A DNA stretch of 64,000 bases, from contig CM059433.1 in NCBI GenBank assembly GCA_030390025.1, positions 11,842,001-11,906,000 of the forward strand, in the 5' to 3' direction. The position numbers and the translations under genes were made by a program. Under the pieces are notes generated by a model that did no database searches, had not been told where the DNA came from, and saw only the letters and a list, made by a program, of their open reading frames with translations. The stretch is from Squalus acanthias. Taxonomy: Eukaryota. This document shows, piece by piece, positions 62,276 to 64,000 of this stretch (within the stretch, counting starts at the first letter, position 1; each line of letters opens with the position of its first letter).

Positions 62276-62911
62276 GGGGGAGAAGTTGGGCACCTTAGCG
62301 CCTCCGGGGGGGGGGGGGGGGCGCTACCGGCTTCACGACCGGGCGCAGCGATAGTACCGACGCCTGCGAAATTGAGGTGGAGGTTTGCGGTGGCGGTAAC
62401 CACGAGCACCCGGAGATCGTGACGTCATCGCCGTGCGCAGCGCCCCAGCTCGGAAATTCACTCTCGCCTCCTGCCTGAGCACCTGCCGACAGGTAGAGGA
62501 GGCGTTATGCAGTCGGATGAGCGCTATATAAAAGTGTCAACTTCCGGGGGTTTTTTTAGTTGGCAAAGAATGCTGCCTTGTCAGCTTGACCAAAGCAAAC
62601 AGGCGTTTTGAGCAATTTGAGCGTTTTCAACTTGAAGGAGCATTCTGGCTGAGAAAAATGTATCACTTTCATTTGGGTTACATTTGATAGTGCAACATTT
62701 CCATCATTTAATGGAGATTGTACTGGCACTGGACCGTCAGCCCTCCAGCGTCACCGTCGAAGGCAGAGAGAAAGATTGCAAAATGTGGCCAGAGGGAGGA
62801 GAGCCTCTGAATTTAGCGGGAGCCGTTAGCGCCGCCGCGCCCGGGCAAAAAGCCGTTTGCGCCCCCCCGGAGGCGCTAACGGGAGGCACAAATGCACCGA
62901 ATTTCTAGCCC
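62276..62911. mobile_element. CpG-rich MITE in the ALLC last intron
   Basis: Ends gggggagaagttgggcacc / gcaccgaatttctagccc; subterminal ttagcgcctccggggg / cccccggaggcgctaa inverted repeat. Confidence 0.72.
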
Positions 62912-63129
62912 TATGTTTTTTGGATTCTTTATGGGATAGATTTTAGTCTTTACCACCTGGGGTTTCAGTGTCACCTAGGCGGAGCACATCAGGTGGGAGG
63001 ATGGTACATCCGTAACAGCCCCCCACCAATTTTTCTTCTATTTCATTATAATTGAGATGGAAATCCAAGACAAGCTGAAATGGCTTAAAACAAATACATT
63101 CTGAGGGTTAGCTGGTATTTATACCAGAG

Positions 63130-63352
63130 TGTTGAGAAAGATCAGGGAGGAAATTTGTTACAATCATTATGAGAGAGTCAATGGACACTGAGGATACTAA
63201 CTGATTGAAAACAGTAATACCCAACTAATGTAGTGCCCATATTCAAAAAGGGTGACAGAACAGACACAAGAAACTATAGACCTATCAGTCTTACTCAAAT
63301 CCATGTAAAATAATGGAATTAATTATCAGCAGTAAACTTGACAACTACCTAG
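63130..63352 (+). mobile_element. Old CR1 RT fragment
   Basis: NVVPIFKKGDRTDTRNYRPISLT motif. Confidence 0.75.
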
Positions 63353-63959
63353 TGTAAGATTTGGATCACAGGTCACACACAGATTACCCAAAGGGTCTTA
63401 CAAGTCAGAGGTCATTTTATTAAGGAGCGGCAGTTCAAATATGATCAAATACAACACGCAATCAGGATAGACATAGTAAACATACAACCTGTAACAGATG
63501 AGAACGGTTTACCAGCCCCGGAACAGACGGACGGACGTGGAGGCAGAACGGTGGTCTCGGATCCCTCCAGCCTGCGGCAGTGGTCTCTTCCTCTTTGGTC
63601 GTCTCCCGAGGCTGGCGGAGGTGTTAAGCCGAAGCTAGCATGGATCCACCTCAGAGGTTGAGCTTGACCAAGGTATTCAGCCGAAGCTAGCTTGGATCCA
63701 CCTCGGGGAAGCTCTTTCCCTCTCTGCCCGTTTTTCCCTTTCGGCTGCCCGTTTATATACCTTACTTCGGGGGGGGCCGGTGGATACCTTGCGTCAATCA
63801 TTTGTTTAATCACTTTTACCCATTCAATTGTCCAATTAGAGAAATAGGTACCTACGGCAAACCCCTCCCAGTCTCATGAGATCATTCCTCTGCTTGTCTC
63901 TTGTTTGGACATCTTGCTACCTTCTCCCAGACAGTTTGTTTATCATGAAGCTCCTTACT
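63353..63959 (-). mobile_element. Possible solo LTR
   Basis: tgtaag...cttac ends, minus-strand AATAAA near 63416-63421 and TATA-like tatataaa near 63753-63760, internal agccgaagctagc.tggatccacctc duplication. Confidence 0.45.
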
Positions 63960-64000
63960 CGACCTCTTATCAGGCCCAGCTATGCCCACTCGAAGGCCTG

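Noticed and set aside
1-64000. Prokaryotic-type system (CRISPR array, operon, retron, defence island)
   Set aside because: Spliceosomal introns, vertebrate genes and LINE/SINE content; no regularly spaced repeat-spacer array; all RT fragments are CR1, L2 or Penelope type.

Overview
Vertebrate, not prokaryotic, DNA: repeat-dense sequence whose repeat complement (DeuSINE/SacSINE1-type SINEs, CR1 and L2 LINEs, Penelope-like elements, Harbinger-type MITEs) points to a cartilaginous fish, probably a shark. Two host genes lie on the minus strand in the order known from human: the last coding exon of allantoicase (ALLC, 62040-62183, missed by the ORF track) and the first two coding exons of a doublecortin-domain gene, DCDC2C by synteny (17065-17351, 13276-13324). 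Between them I find a candidate spliced minus-strand unit not matched to any gene I recognise: a GC-rich promoter at ~27.3-27.5 kb, an ATG exon at 27031-27089 and a 423-nt symmetric exon at 19175-19597. It encodes a 149-aa basic protein and is also phase-compatible with DCDC2C exon 2. The most striking non-coding signal is a set of minimal type I hammerhead ribozyme motifs of two families, carried by Penelope terminal repeats, several as palindromic mini-insertions with 11-15 bp TSDs, one of which duplicates the candidate ALLC poly(A) signal. Also present: a deleted Harbinger with a Myb/SANT remnant, a Tigger/pogo relic, an internally deleted RTE, LF-SINE-like relics, a 5'-inverted CR1 and RFX X-box motifs. 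No CRISPR, rRNA or true tRNA gene was seen. Family assignments are from recall, with no database search, and repeat boundaries without a TSD are approximate.
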